Assembly (NCBI GenBank): GCA_040290255.1
Contig: PSMU01000002.1
Location: 160,001-224,000, forward strand
Source: Nitrososphaerota archaeon
GTDB lineage: Archaea; Thermoproteota; Nitrososphaeria; PSMU01
DNA length: 64,000 bases
Direction of reading: 5' to 3'
The notes below the pieces were generated by a model that did not search any database, was not told where the DNA came from, and was given only the letters and a program-made list of their open reading frames with translations. Made by a program: the position numbers and the translations under genes. How positions within the stretch are numbered: the first letter of the stretch is position 1; the number at the start of each line of letters is the position of its first letter. Below are positions 1 to 10,554 of the stretch, in pieces.

Positions 1-255
1 ATAGCCTCTATGACGGAGCCCTTCTGCGACGACTGCGACCGCATCAGGCTCACCGCCGACGGTAAGTTCCTCGCCTGCCTCTTCGATACCCACTACTACG
101 ACCTTAAGCCCCTCCTCCGCGGCGGCGCCTCCGACGAGGAGCTGGCCTCCTTCATTAGCCAGTGCTATCTAAGGAAGCCGGCCGGCGTGGCCTACATGCC
201 TTGGGTCAAGGTGCGCTGGGAGAAGCCGAGGCCGATGCACGCGATAGGTGGGTAA
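1..255 (+). CDS. moaA: GTP 3',8-cyclase MoaA, C-terminal part (5' end outside window)
   Basis: FCDDCDRIRLTADG...CL second Fe-S motif and C-terminal IGG; upstream of moaD-moaE. Confidence 0.9.
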   Translation: MASMTEPFCDDCDRIRLTADGKFLACLFDTHYYDLKPLLRGGASDEELASFISQCYLRKPAGVAYMPWVKVRWEKPRPMHAIGG

Positions 256-256
256 T

Positions 257-514
257 ATGCTGAGGGTGCGCATAAGGTACTTCGGGCAGGCCCGCGAGGC
301 GGCGGGGCTAAGCGAGGAGGAGATGACGGTGGAGGAGGGCGTCACGCTACGCGATGTGATGGAACGAATCTTCCTAAGATATGGGGAGCTTGCCGCCATG
401 CGGGATTCGCTGCGCATAGCGGTGAACAGGAGGCTGGCGGACCTGAGCTCCCAGCTCTCTGAGGGGGATGAGGTAGCGCTCCTGCCTCCCGTGTCCGGGG
501 GTTGTCATGGCTAG
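257..514 (+). CDS. moaD: MoaD/ThiS-family sulfur carrier with GG followed by CHG
   Basis: VRIRYFG...IAVN...GDEVALLPPVSGG pattern; ATG at 257 one base after the moaA stop. Confidence 0.9.
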   Translation: MLRVRIRYFGQAREAAGLSEEEMTVEEGVTLRDVMERIFLRYGELAAMRDSLRIAVNRRLADLSSQLSEGDEVALLPPVSGGCHG

Positions 515-950
515 GCCCCTGCTCGAAAGGAGGGTGCGGAGGGATGCCCTAGACCCCCTGCTCCTGCTGGAGCAGGTGAGGCGCGCGGAGGCCGGTGCCG
601 TGGTGCTGTTCCTCGGCACGGTGAGGGCGGAGGGTGAGGCGGGGAGGGTGAAGGAGATAGAGTATGAGTGCTATGAAGAGATGGCCGAGGAGAAGCTGAG
701 GGAGATAGAGCGCCGGCTGATGGTAAAGTGGGGCCTACAGGCGATAAGCATCGCCCACAGGATAGGCAGGCTGAGCGTAGGGGATATCAGCGTCGTCGTA
801 GCCGTATCTTCCAGGCACAGGGCCGAGGCCTTCGGGGCCTGCAGGGAGGCGATAGAGAGGATAAAGAGGGAAGTGCCCATATGGAAGAAGGAGCTGCTGG
901 AGGAGGGGGGCTCACGGTGGGTTGAGGGGCATGCGCTCGAGGAGGCCTAG
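507..950 (+). CDS. moaE: Molybdopterin synthase catalytic subunit
   Basis: GAVVLFLGTVR, YECYEEMA, HRIG, HRAEAF, PIWKKE motifs. Confidence 0.95.
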   Translation: MARPLLERRVRRDALDPLLLLEQVRRAEAGAVVLFLGTVRAEGEAGRVKEIEYECYEEMAEEKLREIERRLMVKWGLQAISIAHRIGRLSVGDISVVVAVSSRHRAEAFGACREAIERIKREVPIWKKELLEEGGSRWVEGHALEEA

Positions 951-1004
951 CGGCCTCTATAGCTGGTCCGTGCCTATAGACTGCAATAGGAGGAACCCTG
1001 CCGG

Positions 1005-1454
1005 CTAAATGGACCTGAGCTTCTCCTGAAGGCCGTTCGTGACCTGTTTTATGTACCTCTCGGCCGCCGAGTCGAGCAGCCTGGAGCCCACGCCGGCTAT
1101 GAGGCCGCCCACGTTGGCATCCGCCGACCACCTGATCAACGTGCCCCCGCCCTGCCGGTCCTCGAGCGTAAAGGCCATCTCCAGGTCCACGGAGCTGCCC
1201 AGCCCGGTGCCCCTTCCCTTCAGCTTGGCGTAGCTGGGAGGCCTCCTCTCCAGGAAGGTGAACATGAACGACATGCTGCCCTTGATGAAGGAGATGCCCA
1301 CCTTAGCCTTCACCCTGAAGTTGTTCTCGTCCACGGGCTCCAAGCCCTCCAGGTCGGGTATGATCCCGCTCACCTGCCTAGGATCCGTCAGAAAGCCGTA
1401 TACCCTCTCCTTGGGAGCCGGCACCTCGAAGGAACCCTCATAATGAAGAGGCAT
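1005..1454 (-). CDS. coxG: CoxG / SRPBCC-family protein
   Basis: Start reassigned to ATG 1454 (MPLHYEGSFEV...); VGGLIAGVGSRLL motif; cox context. Confidence 0.85.
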   Translation of the reverse strand: MPLHYEGSFEVPAPKERVYGFLTDPRQVSGIIPDLEGLEPVDENNFRVKAKVGISFIKGSMSFMFTFLERRPPSYAKLKGRGTGLGSSVDLEMAFTLEDRQGGGTLIRWSADANVGGLIAGVGSRLLDSAAERYIKQVTNGLQEKLRSI

Positions 1455-1550
1455 GCGAAGCATGGGGCTTAGGGGCTTAAAAAGGTTCGCCGTGCGGCCG
1501 GCGGGAAATGACGAAGGGCGGGCAAATCCTTTAAGCCCGCTCCTCCTTTC

Positions 1551-2795
1551 GTGGAGAGCTTGCAGCCCCACTACACCAGCATCAGCGACGCCTTGGAGGT
1601 CCTGCTCGGGAAGGCAAACCTTCACCCGCGCGTGGAGCGGCTGAGGCCTCAGCAGGCCTTCTCGAGGGTGCTGGCCGAGGACGTCATCGCGGACTTGGAC
1701 ATTCCCCCCCACGATGCTTCGCACATGGATGGATATGCGGTGAGAAGCTCCGACCTTGCAGCTGCTCGCCCCGACGAGCCCGTGCGGCTAAGGCTCAGGG
1801 GGCAGGTGCCCCTCGGCGCCTATGCGGACCTCGAGCTTGGGCCGGGAGAGGCGGTAAGGGTGCCCACGGGAGGTTATATCCCCAGGGGCGCGGACGCCGT
1901 GGTGCCCGTCGAGGAGGCCCTCTTGGAGGGTGAGGAGGTGGTGGTGCGAGCACCGGTGCCCAAGGGGGCCCATATCTACGCCAGGGGGGCCACGATAAGC
2001 AGAGGGGCCCTGGCGCTGCGCAAGGGGCGCCTCCTCACGCCCCAAGATATAGGGCTTCTGCTCGCGCTGGGCAGGGCGACGGTGAGCGTTTATGCGAGGC
2101 CGAGGGCCGTGGTGATCCCCATAGGAAGCGAGCTGGCCGATGTGCCCGAGGAGGGGAAGATACCAAATTCACACGGTCCGCTGGTGGCGGGCCTGTTGGA
2201 GGGCGCGGGCTGCGAGGTCGAGCTTCTGAACGTCGTCCCCGATGAGCCCCTTGAAGTAAAGGCCGTGCTGAAGGATGCCCTTCATAGGGCAGACCTGGCC
2301 CTCACCATAGCGGGCTCTTCCGTGGGCGAGAAGGATGTGACGGAGAGGGTGCTATCAGAACTGGAGGGCCTCGAGCTCCTCGTCCACGGCCTGAGGCTTG
2401 ATCCAGGCAGGAGGGGGGGCTGCGCCTTGGTAGGCCATAAGCCCATCTTCCTGCTCCCTGGCCTCATCCTGGGGACGGTCAGCGTGCTGATCACGCTGGC
2501 CATGCCTGTGCTGCAGAGGCTGGGGAGCCCCGGCTTTCCCAGAATAGGCGCGAGGCTGGCGGCCGAATGGAGGGCTAGGAGGCGCTATGACTTCACCAAA
2601 GTCGTCTATCTGAAGCTTCAGGAAAGGGAGGGCCTCCTGGAGGCCCTGCCCCTCCTGGGCGAGACGGAAAAGCTCACCGTGCTCACGGAGGCAAATGCCT
2701 GCATGGTGGTGCCGGAGCACGTGGTGGAGCTGCGGAGGGGAACTAGGGTCGAGGCCCTGCTCTTGCCCGGCTGGCCCCGCGGCGGCGAGGCCTAG
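1551..2795 (+). CDS. moeA: Molybdopterin molybdotransferase MoeA (divergent)
   Basis: RVLAED...PPHDASHMDGYAV, TGGYIPRGADAVVPVE, GSEL, SSVGEKD. Confidence 0.9.
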   Translation: MESLQPHYTSISDALEVLLGKANLHPRVERLRPQQAFSRVLAEDVIADLDIPPHDASHMDGYAVRSSDLAAARPDEPVRLRLRGQVPLGAYADLELGPGEAVRVPTGGYIPRGADAVVPVEEALLEGEEVVVRAPVPKGAHIYARGATISRGALALRKGRLLTPQDIGLLLALGRATVSVYARPRAVVIPIGSELADVPEEGKIPNSHGPLVAGLLEGAGCEVELLNVVPDEPLEVKAVLKDALHRADLALTIAGSSVGEKDVTERVLSELEGLELLVHGLRLDPGRRGGCALVGHKPIFLLPGLILGTVSVLITLAMPVLQRLGSPGFPRIGARLAAEWRARRRYDFTKVVYLKLQEREGLLEALPLLGETEKLTVLTEANACMVVPEHVVELRRGTRVEALLLPGWPRGGEA

Positions 2796-5155
2796 GCGGC
2801 CAGGCCCTTCTCCTTGAGGATGCGCCAGACCTTTTCCGGCGTGACGGGCATGTCGATATGCCTGACGCCCAGGTGGGCCAATGCGTCCACAATCGCATTG
2901 ACCACGGCCTGAGGCGCCGCTATAGTGCCCGTTTCCCCTACGCCCTTGACGCCCAGCGGGTTGTGCGGCGAAGGCGTCACCGTTGAGTCCGTGACAAAGG
3001 CCGGCAGCTCCACCGCGCTGGGCATCGCGTACTCCGAGAGCGAGGCGGTGAGCAGGTTCCCATCCTTATCGTAGAGGGCCTCCTCATACAGGGCCTGGGC
3101 GAGGCCCTGGGCTATGCCTCCGTGCACCTGCCCCTCGACCAGCATCGGATTGATCTGGACGCCGCAGTCGTCCACGGCCACGTACTTCAGTATCTTGGCC
3201 CTTCCCGTTTCCCTATCGATCTCCACCACGCAGATATGCGCGCCGAAGGGGAACGTGAAGTTCTCCGGGTCGTAGAAGACCGTGCTCTCCAGCCCCGGCT
3301 CCAGCCCCGGCGGCAGCTCCGCCGCGCCGGCGCCGTAGCTGGCGAAGGCCACTTGCTGAAGCGTCACCGCCCTGTGGGGCGCGCCCTTGACGAAGAACTT
3401 ACCCGCTTCGAAGCCTAGGTCCGCCTCCTTTACCTCCAGCAGGTGCGCGGCTATCCTCATGGCCTTCTCCCGGATCTTCCTGCAGGCCAACGCGATGGCG
3501 CCCCCGGCCACGGGCGTGGTCCTGCTGCCATATGTGCCCATGCCGAAGGGGATTGCCGCCGTGTCGCCGTGCACCACCTCGACGTCCTCGAGGGGCACGC
3601 CCAGCTCCTGCGCTACGATCTGCGCAAAGGACGTCTCCTCCCCCTGCCCATGCGGGCTTGAGCCAGTATAGACGGTCACCTTGCCCGATGGGTGAACCCT
3701 CACGAGCGCGCTCTCCCAGAGGCCGAGGCCGAAGCCCGTGGCCCTGACCACCTTTGAGGGGCCCAGGCCGCAGATCTCCACGTAGCTGGAGATGCCGATG
3801 CCCATCAGCCTTCCCTGGTCCCTTGCCCTCCTCTGCTCCTCACGCAGTTCCTCATAGTTCACGAGCCGCTTCGCCCGCTGCAGGGCCTCTGCGTAGTTGC
3901 CGCTGTCGTAGACGAGCCCCGTGGCCACCTTGTAGGGGAAGGCGTTGGCGGGTATGAAGTTCCTCATCCTCACGTCCGCGGGATCAAGGCCCAGCTCATG
4001 GGCCAGGATATCGACGGCCCTCTCCACGATGTACAACGCCTCTGGCCGGCCGGCGCCGCGGTACGCATCCACGGGCGCGGTGTTGGTCAACACCCCATAG
4101 ACCTCGCAGTGGATGACGGGTATCCTGTAGGCCCCGCTCAGCATCGTGCCGAAGAGTATGGTGGGCACGCCCGGGGCCGCGGTGGAGAGGTATGCGCCCA
4201 GGTTGGCATAGGCGGTGACCTTAAGCCCAAGCAGCGTGCCATCCCTCTTGGCCGCGAGCTCTACGTACTGCACGTGGTCCCTGCCATGGGTCGTCGCCAG
4301 ATAGTTCTCCCTCCTGTCCTCTGTGTACTTGACGGGAATGTTCAGCTCCCTCGCAAGAAGGGCCACGACGGCATCGATGCCGTAAACGGGTATCTTGCTG
4401 CCGAACCCTCCGCCCACGTCCTGAGCTATGACCCTGATCTTGTGCTCCGGTACTCCGAGCATGGACGCGAGCAGCAGCCGGTGTATATGAGGGGCCTGGC
4501 AGGCCACCCACATGGTGATTTCACCTGTGCCGGGGTTGTGCTGGGCCACTATGCTGCGAGGCTCCATGGGCGTGGGCTGAAGGCGGTTGTTCACCATGCG
4601 CTGCTTTATGACGACGTCCGCCCGGCGGAAGGCCTCCTCTATATCGCCCGCCTTCAATCGCCACGTAAAGGCTAGGTTGTTTGGGATGTCATCGTAGAGG
4701 AGGGGGGCTCCTGGCTTCGCGGCCTCCTCCGGGCTTGTCACCGCGGGAAGGGGTTCATAATCCACCTGCACGAGCTCGGCGGCATCCTTCGCCCCATATC
4801 TGGACTCGGCCACCACGACGGCCACAGGGTCTCCGACGAAGCGAACCTTATCGACGGCCAGGACATTGTATCTCGGCAGCTTAAGGTTGGCCTCGGGGAT
4901 GAGCCAGGCGCAGGGAACGGGCCCTATCTTCGCCGATAGGTCCCTGCCCGTGTACACGCCCAAGACACCGGGCGCCCTGCTCGCCTTGCTTACGTCGATG
5001 CCCTTGAGCTTAGCGTGGGCATAGGGGCTGCGCACAACCGCGAGATGGGCCATTCTGGTAAGCCGGACGTCATCAGCATAGAGGCCGGTGCCCGTGATGA
5101 GCCTGGGATCCTCCCTTCTTTTTACCTTGGCGCCGAAGAGGGCGGTGACGGCCAT
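2792..5155 (-). CDS. Xanthine oxidase-family molybdenum hydroxylase large subunit (CoxL form II / CutA-like)
   Basis: [42 protein letters not shown]. Confidence 0.93.
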   Translation of the reverse strand: MAVTALFGAKVKRREDPRLITGTGLYADDVRLTRMAHLAVVRSPYAHAKLKGIDVSKASRAPGVLGVYTGRDLSAKIGPVPCAWLIPEANLKLPRYNVLAVDKVRFVGDPVAVVVAESRYGAKDAAELVQVDYEPLPAVTSPEEAAKPGAPLLYDDIPNNLAFTWRLKAGDIEEAFRRADVVIKQRMVNNRLQPTPMEPRSIVAQHNPGTGEITMWVACQAPHIHRLLLASMLGVPEHKIRVIAQDVGGGFGSKIPVYGIDAVVALLARELNIPVKYTEDRRENYLATTHGRDHVQYVELAAKRDGTLLGLKVTAYANLGAYLSTAAPGVPTILFGTMLSGAYRIPVIHCEVYGVLTNTAPVDAYRGAGRPEALYIVERAVDILAHELGLDPADVRMRNFIPANAFPYKVATGLVYDSGNYAEALQRAKRLVNYEELREEQRRARDQGRLMGIGISSYVEICGLGPSKVVRATGFGLGLWESALVRVHPSGKVTVYTGSSPHGQGEETSFAQIVAQELGVPLEDVEVVHGDTAAIPFGMGTYGSRTTPVAGGAIALACRKIREKAMRIAAHLLEVKEADLGFEAGKFFVKGAPHRAVTLQQVAFASYGAGAAELPPGLEPGLESTVFYDPENFTFPFGAHICVVEIDRETGRAKILKYVAVDDCGVQINPMLVEGQVHGGIAQGLAQALYEEALYDKDGNLLTASLSEYAMPSAVELPAFVTDSTVTPSPHNPLGVKGVGETGTIAAPQAVVNAIVDALAHLGVRHIDMPVTPEKVWRILKEKGLAA

Positions 5156-5156
5156 G

Positions 5157-5648
5157 CTACTTCTCCCCCCTCATCTCCCTCGCGGCCGCCAGGATCGCCT
5201 TCACGATGTTCTGATAGCCCGTGCATCTGCACAGGTTGCCGCTGATCCCCCACCTTACCTCCTCCTCCGTGGGATTGGGCTTCTCCTTCAGCAGCCAGTA
5301 GGCCTGCATGATGAAGCCCGGCGTGCAAAACCCACACTGCAGGCCGTGGTGCTCCCAAAAGGCCCTCTGTATCGGGTGAAGCTCGCCGCCCTTTGCCAGG
5401 CCCTCTATCGTCAGGATATCGGCGCCATCCGCCTGCACCGCGAAGAGCGTGCAGGACTTCACGGACTTGCCGTTCATTATTACGGTGCATGCCCCGCAGT
5501 TGCTGGTGTCGCAGCCCACATGGGTTCCCGTCAGGCCCAGAACATCCCGCAGGAAGTGGACCAGCAGCAGCCTCGGCTCCACCTCGGCCTCATGCTCCAC
5601 GCCGTTGACCCTAACCCTTATCCTGTGAAGGACTCTCTGGGCCATCAT
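5157..5648 (-). CDS. 2Fe-2S small subunit (CoxS/CutC-like)
   Basis: [28 protein letters not shown]. Confidence 0.95.
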   Translation of the reverse strand: MMAQRVLHRIRVRVNGVEHEAEVEPRLLLVHFLRDVLGLTGTHVGCDTSNCGACTVIMNGKSVKSCTLFAVQADGADILTIEGLAKGGELHPIQRAFWEHHGLQCGFCTPGFIMQAYWLLKEKPNPTEEEVRWGISGNLCRCTGYQNIVKAILAAAREMRGEK

Positions 5649-6520
5649 GCGCCACCTCCTGCCCTCCTGAGGGCCTCTGCGAGGGCCCTCCTCGTAAACA
5701 CCTCCACCATCGCCCTCCTGTACTCCGAGGAGGCGCGAATGTCCGAGGGCGGGTTCACCGCCTTGGCCGCCAGCGCCGCGGCCTGCCTTATGAGCTGGGT
5801 ATCGATTTTCCTGTCGAGCAGGGCCTGCTCCGCCTCCTTAGGCCTGACGTAGGTATTGCCCACGCCCGTCAAGCCTATGCCTGCGTAGGCACACTTGCCC
5901 GTATCATCGAGCCCGAGCTGCACGGCTACGCCGACGATGGCGAAGTCCCCCGCCTTCCTTTCGAGCTTCAGGTAGGCGCCGCCCGTTCTCAGCTTAGGCA
6001 GCGGCACCCTTATCTCCGTGATTATCTCAGCGGGCTCCAGCGAGGTGGTGAAGAGGTCCACGAAGAGCTCGTCCGCCCTTATCGTCCTCTGCCCCCTAGG
6101 GCCCATGGCCAGCACTTCGCCTTTGACCGCAAGCAGCACCGCGCCCCAGTCGCCTGCCGGATCTGCGTGTGCCAGCGCCCCTCCTATCGTGCCCAGGTTG
6201 CGGACCTGAGGGTCGCCTATTACGGAGGCCGCCTCGGCCATGACCGCGCATTTGGCCTTTATCAGCTCCGAGACCTCGAAGGCATGATGCCTGGTTAACG
6301 CGCCGATGGCCAGCTGGCCATTCCTCTCCTGGATATATTCCAGCCCCGGCACGCGGTTGATGTCCACAATGTAGGAAGGCGAGGCCAGCCTCAGCTTCAT
6401 GAGCGGGATGAGGCTCTGCCCGCCCGCGAGGACCTTGGCTTCCCCCTCGTGTTCCTTTAGAAGCGAAATCGCTTCGGAGATGCTTCCGGGCCTTAGATAC
6501 TGAAAGGTTCTCGGAATCAC
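5645..6520 (-). CDS. FAD-binding medium subunit (CoxM/CutB-like)
   Basis: [25 protein letters not shown]. Confidence 0.95.
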   Translation of the reverse strand: MIPRTFQYLRPGSISEAISLLKEHEGEAKVLAGGQSLIPLMKLRLASPSYIVDINRVPGLEYIQERNGQLAIGALTRHHAFEVSELIKAKCAVMAEAASVIGDPQVRNLGTIGGALAHADPAGDWGAVLLAVKGEVLAMGPRGQRTIRADELFVDLFTTSLEPAEIITEIRVPLPKLRTGGAYLKLERKAGDFAIVGVAVQLGLDDTGKCAYAGIGLTGVGNTYVRPKEAEQALLDRKIDTQLIRQAAALAAKAVNPPSDIRASSEYRRAMVEVFTRRALAEALRRAGGGA

Positions 6521-6613
6521 GTACTACACTGAGCGATGTAGATATTTAGAGCTTAGCATTTGTGCGGAGCGCAAAGGTAAAAACATACGCCCGCAACGCT
6601 CCTCCGAGCGTCG

Positions 6614-7519
6614 TTGGAGCAGGCCATAGAGATGCCCGAGGACCTGGCGAGGCTCTTCGAGGAGGCCAAGTATGTGGCCGAACCCGAGATCGTGACAACG
6701 GTCTATCTTGCCCTCAAGCTCGAGAAGCCCCTGCTCGTGGAGGGCGAGCCCGGCTCGGGCAAGACAGAGCTGGCCAAGGTGCTGGCCCAAGGGCTCGGGA
6801 CGGAGCTCATCAGGCTGCAGTGCTATGAGGGGCTCGATGTGAACAGCGCGATTTACGAGTGGGATTACCTAAGGCAGCTCCTCACGATCAGGATGCGCGA
6901 GGGCGAGGGCCTGCGGGAGGGGCTGGAGGGCGAGATCTTCAGCGAAAGGTTCCTGCTGAAGAGGCCGCTGCTGAGGGCGATCCTGCATGAGGGGCCCAGG
7001 CCGCCCGTGCTGCTCATCGATGAGATCGACAGGGCGGATGAGGAGTTCGAAAGCTTTCTGCTGGAGTTCCTAGGAGAATTTCAGGTGACCATTCCCGAGG
7101 TCGGCACATTTAGGGCCAAGAGGAAGCCGGTCGTCATCATAACCTCCAACCGCACCCGGGAGCTCGGGGACGGGCTCAGGAGGAGGTGCATATACCTCTA
7201 CATCACCTACCCCAGCCCCGAGAAGGAGCTGAGGATCCTGAAGCTCAAGGTGCCGAACATACAGGAGCGCCTGGCGCAGCAGATGATTTGGGTGGTCAAC
7301 AGGATAAGGGCCCTCAGCTACGTCACGAAGAAGCCAGGCGTGGCCGAGACGTTGGACTGGGGTTCGGCGCTCCTGGCGCTCGGCCTAGATCACTTGGACG
7401 GGGAGGCCCTGCAGAGCACGCTCTCCTGCCTCGTGAAGGACGCCGATGAGTTGCTGAGGCTGAGGTCCGAGGACCTAAGCCGGCTCTTGGGGGATGAGTT
7501 CAGCGCAGCCCGGCGGTGA
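6614..7519 (+). CDS. coxD: MoxR-type AAA+ ATPase (CoxD-like)
   Basis: GEPGSGKT, RLQCYEG, LLIDEIDR, TSNRTREL...RRRC. Confidence 0.9.
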   Translation: MEQAIEMPEDLARLFEEAKYVAEPEIVTTVYLALKLEKPLLVEGEPGSGKTELAKVLAQGLGTELIRLQCYEGLDVNSAIYEWDYLRQLLTIRMREGEGLREGLEGEIFSERFLLKRPLLRAILHEGPRPPVLLIDEIDRADEEFESFLLEFLGEFQVTIPEVGTFRAKRKPVVIITSNRTRELGDGLRRRCIYLYITYPSPEKELRILKLKVPNIQERLAQQMIWVVNRIRALSYVTKKPGVAETLDWGSALLALGLDHLDGEALQSTLSCLVKDADELLRLRSEDLSRLLGDEFSAARR

Positions 7520-8621
7520 GCTCGCGGAGCCGCTGCTGCGGGCCGTGCTGGCGCTCTGCCTGCGGCTGAGGGAGGCGGGGGCGTCCGCTTCGATCCCCGA
7601 GGCCCTCGATGCCATAAGGGCACTGGAGCTCATCGACCTTAACGATGAAGCCCAGGTTAGGGCCGCGCTGAGGGCCACGCTCATCAAAAGGCCTGAGCTG
7701 CTTCATATCCTAGATGAGCTACTCAGGACGGGTCGATTGAGCTCCCAGGAAGCCGAATCTGCCGCCGAGCGGGCCCCTGGGCATTTTGCCGGGCTGGCTG
7801 CTCCCCATGTAGGCCCTCAGCCTAAGCGCGGCTGGGTGCCGGCCTACAGCCCCCACGAAGTGCTGAACAGGAAGAGCTTCGGCCAACTGCCCGTGCAGGA
7901 GGAGAAGGCCATGAAGAGGGCGCTCAGGAGGCTGGCCAAGGCCCTGGCCTCGCTGCCGGGAAGGAGAAGAGAGGCCTCTAGGAAAGGGGTGCTCGACTTC
8001 AGGAGAACGATCAGGAGTAGCTTGGGCAGGGCGGGAGAGCTGGCCGTGATTAAAAGGAGGAGAAAGAAGTTCTCCAGGGCCAGGCTCATCCTGCTCTGCG
8101 ATGTGAGCGGCTCGATGGATGAGTATAGCGAGAGGCTGCTGGCGCTGATGCATGCGGCCTGTAACTACGCCGGGGCCAGCGTCTTCGCCTTCAGCACGAG
8201 GCTCATCCCCGTCAACCCTCTCCTGCAGGGCCGCTCGCTCGCGCGCGCCGCCGAGCTCGTCGCCGAACGCGTAAGCATCTGGAACGGAGGGACCAGGATA
8301 GCCTCGGCGCTGCGTCAGCTGCTTCTGGAGCACCGGGCCAGGCTGGGCGGCCTGCCCGCCCTGCTGGTGGTGAGCGATGGCCTAGACCTCGGCGATGAGC
8401 GTGAGCTCGAGGAGGCCCTTAGGGAAGTGAAGAGCAGGGTGGGCGTCCTGATATGGCTCAATCCCCTGGCCGATGATGCGTCCTTTAAGCCGGAGGCGGG
8501 AGGAATAAAGGTGGCTCTGCGCCATGCGGATGTAATGGCGGGCCTTTCGTCCCTTCTTATTCCCGCCCAGCTGAGGCCCCTCCTGCGCGAGCTTGTTCCC
8601 TTGATGGCCCGGCGCGGGTAG
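7494..8621 (+). CDS. coxE: VWA domain CoxE-like protein
   Basis: DFRRTIR, MIDAS DVSGSM, FSTRL, GGTRI, SDGLD, WLNP. Confidence 0.9.
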   Translation: MSSAQPGGELAEPLLRAVLALCLRLREAGASASIPEALDAIRALELIDLNDEAQVRAALRATLIKRPELLHILDELLRTGRLSSQEAESAAERAPGHFAGLAAPHVGPQPKRGWVPAYSPHEVLNRKSFGQLPVQEEKAMKRALRRLAKALASLPGRRREASRKGVLDFRRTIRSSLGRAGELAVIKRRRKKFSRARLILLCDVSGSMDEYSERLLALMHAACNYAGASVFAFSTRLIPVNPLLQGRSLARAAELVAERVSIWNGGTRIASALRQLLLEHRARLGGLPALLVVSDGLDLGDERELEEALREVKSRVGVLIWLNPLADDASFKPEAGGIKVALRHADVMAGLSSLLIPAQLRPLLRELVPLMARRG

Positions 8622-8629
8622 CCCGCTGG

Positions 8630-9508
8630 CTACGGAGCCTCCGAGGCCGCCAGCTGCGACGTGGCGGGCAGCGGCTTATGTGGCAGGTGCTTGTTGTACT
8701 TGGTCGCTACGATATCGGCCAAGATGCTGAGGGCTATCTCGGCTGGCGTCACGGCGCCTATATCGGCGCCCACGGGCGCATGAAGTGACGAAAGGAACTC
8801 CTCGCTCACTCCCCTTTGCCTCAGCGCGGCCACATCCTCCAGCACCCTCTTGCGGCTGGCCAGCAGGCCCACGAACCTTACCTTTGCGCCGGAGAGCGCC
8901 TCCAGCACCTCAACATCCCTGGCGCCCTTGGTGAGCACGACCACGCTATCCGTGGGCCTAAATTCATAGCGCCTGAGGTCGAAGTTGAGGTCCGAAATGA
9001 GCACATCAGGCCTTTCCGTGAGCACGGGGTTATGATTGATCAGCACGACCTCGAAGTCGAGCTGCTTGGCGAGCCTGATGAGGGCCTCCTCCACGTCATC
9101 CTTGCCGCCCTGCCCTATGATTATGAGCCTGCTGGGGGATGAATAGGGCTCAATGTAAATCTCCATCATCCCCCCGCAGTTCGTCTCGACGTATATATCA
9201 TCGCCGCTCCTGGACCTGACCGTCGCCTCAACGGCCCTCTCCACGTTCTCCAGGTGCACCCGGACCACCTTGGGCAGGCCCGTCCTCATCGCCTCCAGAG
9301 CCGCGGGGATTATGGCGGCCTCCGGGCATACCCCTCCCAGCCCGCCGTAGGCTATCCTTCCGTCTTGCGTGATGACCACCTTGAAGCCGGGCTTGCCGAT
9401 GGAGGAGCCCTGCACGCGCACCACCGTGGCCAGGGCGAAGGTCTCCCCCCTCTCGGCCAACTCCTTGAGCACGGCGAACAGCTCCGCCGGCTTCACTGCC
9501 CCGTTCAT
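8630..9508 (-). CDS. XdhC/CoxF Moco insertion chaperone
   Basis: ALATVVRVQGS, CGGMMEIYIEP, PVGADIGAVTPAEIALSILA. Confidence 0.92.
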   Translation of the reverse strand: MNGAVKPAELFAVLKELAERGETFALATVVRVQGSSIGKPGFKVVITQDGRIAYGGLGGVCPEAAIIPAALEAMRTGLPKVVRVHLENVERAVEATVRSRSGDDIYVETNCGGMMEIYIEPYSSPSRLIIIGQGGKDDVEEALIRLAKQLDFEVVLINHNPVLTERPDVLISDLNFDLRRYEFRPTDSVVVLTKGARDVEVLEALSGAKVRFVGLLASRKRVLEDVAALRQRGVSEEFLSSLHAPVGADIGAVTPAEIALSILADIVATKYNKHLPHKPLPATSQLAASEAP

Positions 9509-9575
9509 TAGTTAGCCCATCTTAAGGGTTTTGCTGCGCGCTAGCTATATATGAGCGGGCCACGCGCGGCCCTCC

Positions 9576-10025
9576 ATGTCCATTAGGCAGGTGGATATAT
9601 CGGGAAAGGAGCCCGTGCTCAGGGTGGCCACGGCCGAGGGAAGGATCAGGCTGAGGGCCGAGACAGTCAGGAGGATTAGGGAGGGGCGCATCGAAAAAGG
9701 CGACCCCGTCGCGCTCGCCAAGGTGGCGGCCATCCTAGCCGCGAAGCAGACACCTTCTCTCCTGCCCCTCTGCCATCCGCTGAGGCTGGAGCATACTCAG
9801 GTGGACGTCGGCCTCGAGGAGGAGGTAGTCAGCGTCAAGGTGACGGTGACAGCGCACGAAAGGACGGGCGTGGAGATGGAGGCCCTGACGGCGACCTGCA
9901 TCGCCCTCCTGAACATATGGGATGCGGTGAAGGCCTACGAGAAGGATGAGCAGGGGCAATACCCCTGGACGGCGATAGAGGGCGTGCGCGTGGTAAGGAA
10001 GGAGAAGGGACATGTCGGTGCCTGA
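9576..10025 (+). CDS. moaC: Cyclic pyranopterin monophosphate synthase
   Basis: VDISGK, KGD, AAKQT..LLPLCH, TGVEMEALT. Confidence 0.95.
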   Translation: MSIRQVDISGKEPVLRVATAEGRIRLRAETVRRIREGRIEKGDPVALAKVAAILAAKQTPSLLPLCHPLRLEHTQVDVGLEEEVVSVKVTVTAHERTGVEMEALTATCIALLNIWDAVKAYEKDEQGQYPWTAIEGVRVVRKEKGHVGA

Positions 10026-10554
10026 AAGGCACAGGGCCTTGGCGCCGCGCGAGGTTAGCGTCTACGTCATCACCGTGAGCACGAGTAGATACCTGTCGCG
10101 CCAGGAGGGTAGGGTCCTTGAGGACGAGGCGGGCGATGTGGCCGAGGCCCTGGCGAGGGAGGCGGGCTACGCGATGGCGGGCAGGGCGCTCGTGCCCGAT
10201 GATATAGCGATGATTAGGGCCGCGTTGGCAGGCGCGCTGGGCAAGGCCGATGTCATCGTTATCACGGGGGGCACGGGCCTCTCCCCCAAGGACGTCACCA
10301 TAGAAGCGGTTAGGCCCCTGCTGGATAAGGAGCTGGAGGGGTTTGGGGAGCTGCTCAGGTACCTCAGCTACCAGAGGATAGGGGCTGCCGCCGCGCTCAC
10401 GAGGGCCACGGCGGGGGCCCTGGGTAGGAGCCTTGTGCTGTGCCTGCCCGGCTCGCCCGATGCGGTCGAGACCGCGCTCAGGGCCTTCCTGAAGGAGTTG
10501 CCTCACGCGCTTTATGTGCTCAGGCAGGCGCCGGATGCCCCGAAAGAGGCTTAG
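10012..10554 (+). CDS. moaB: Molybdopterin adenylyltransferase, MoaB/MogA family
   Basis: VITVS, VPDD, TGGTGLSPKDVT, GFGE, LPGSPDAV. Confidence 0.92.
   Translation: MSVPERHRALAPREVSVYVITVSTSRYLSRQEGRVLEDEAGDVAEALAREAGYAMAGRALVPDDIAMIRAALAGALGKADVIVITGGTGLSPKDVTIEAVRPLLDKELEGFGELLRYLSYQRIGAAAALTRATAGALGRSLVLCLPGSPDAVETALRAFLKELPHALYVLRQAPDAPKEA

Noticed and set aside
956-980. TCTATAG/CTATAGA inverted repeat between convergent moaE and coxG
   Set aside because: Only 7 bp, weak stem, no U tract; cannot be supported as a terminator.
2792-5155. Calling the enzyme a bona fide aerobic CO dehydrogenase
   Set aside because: It lacks the AYxCSFR Cu-binding motif of form I.
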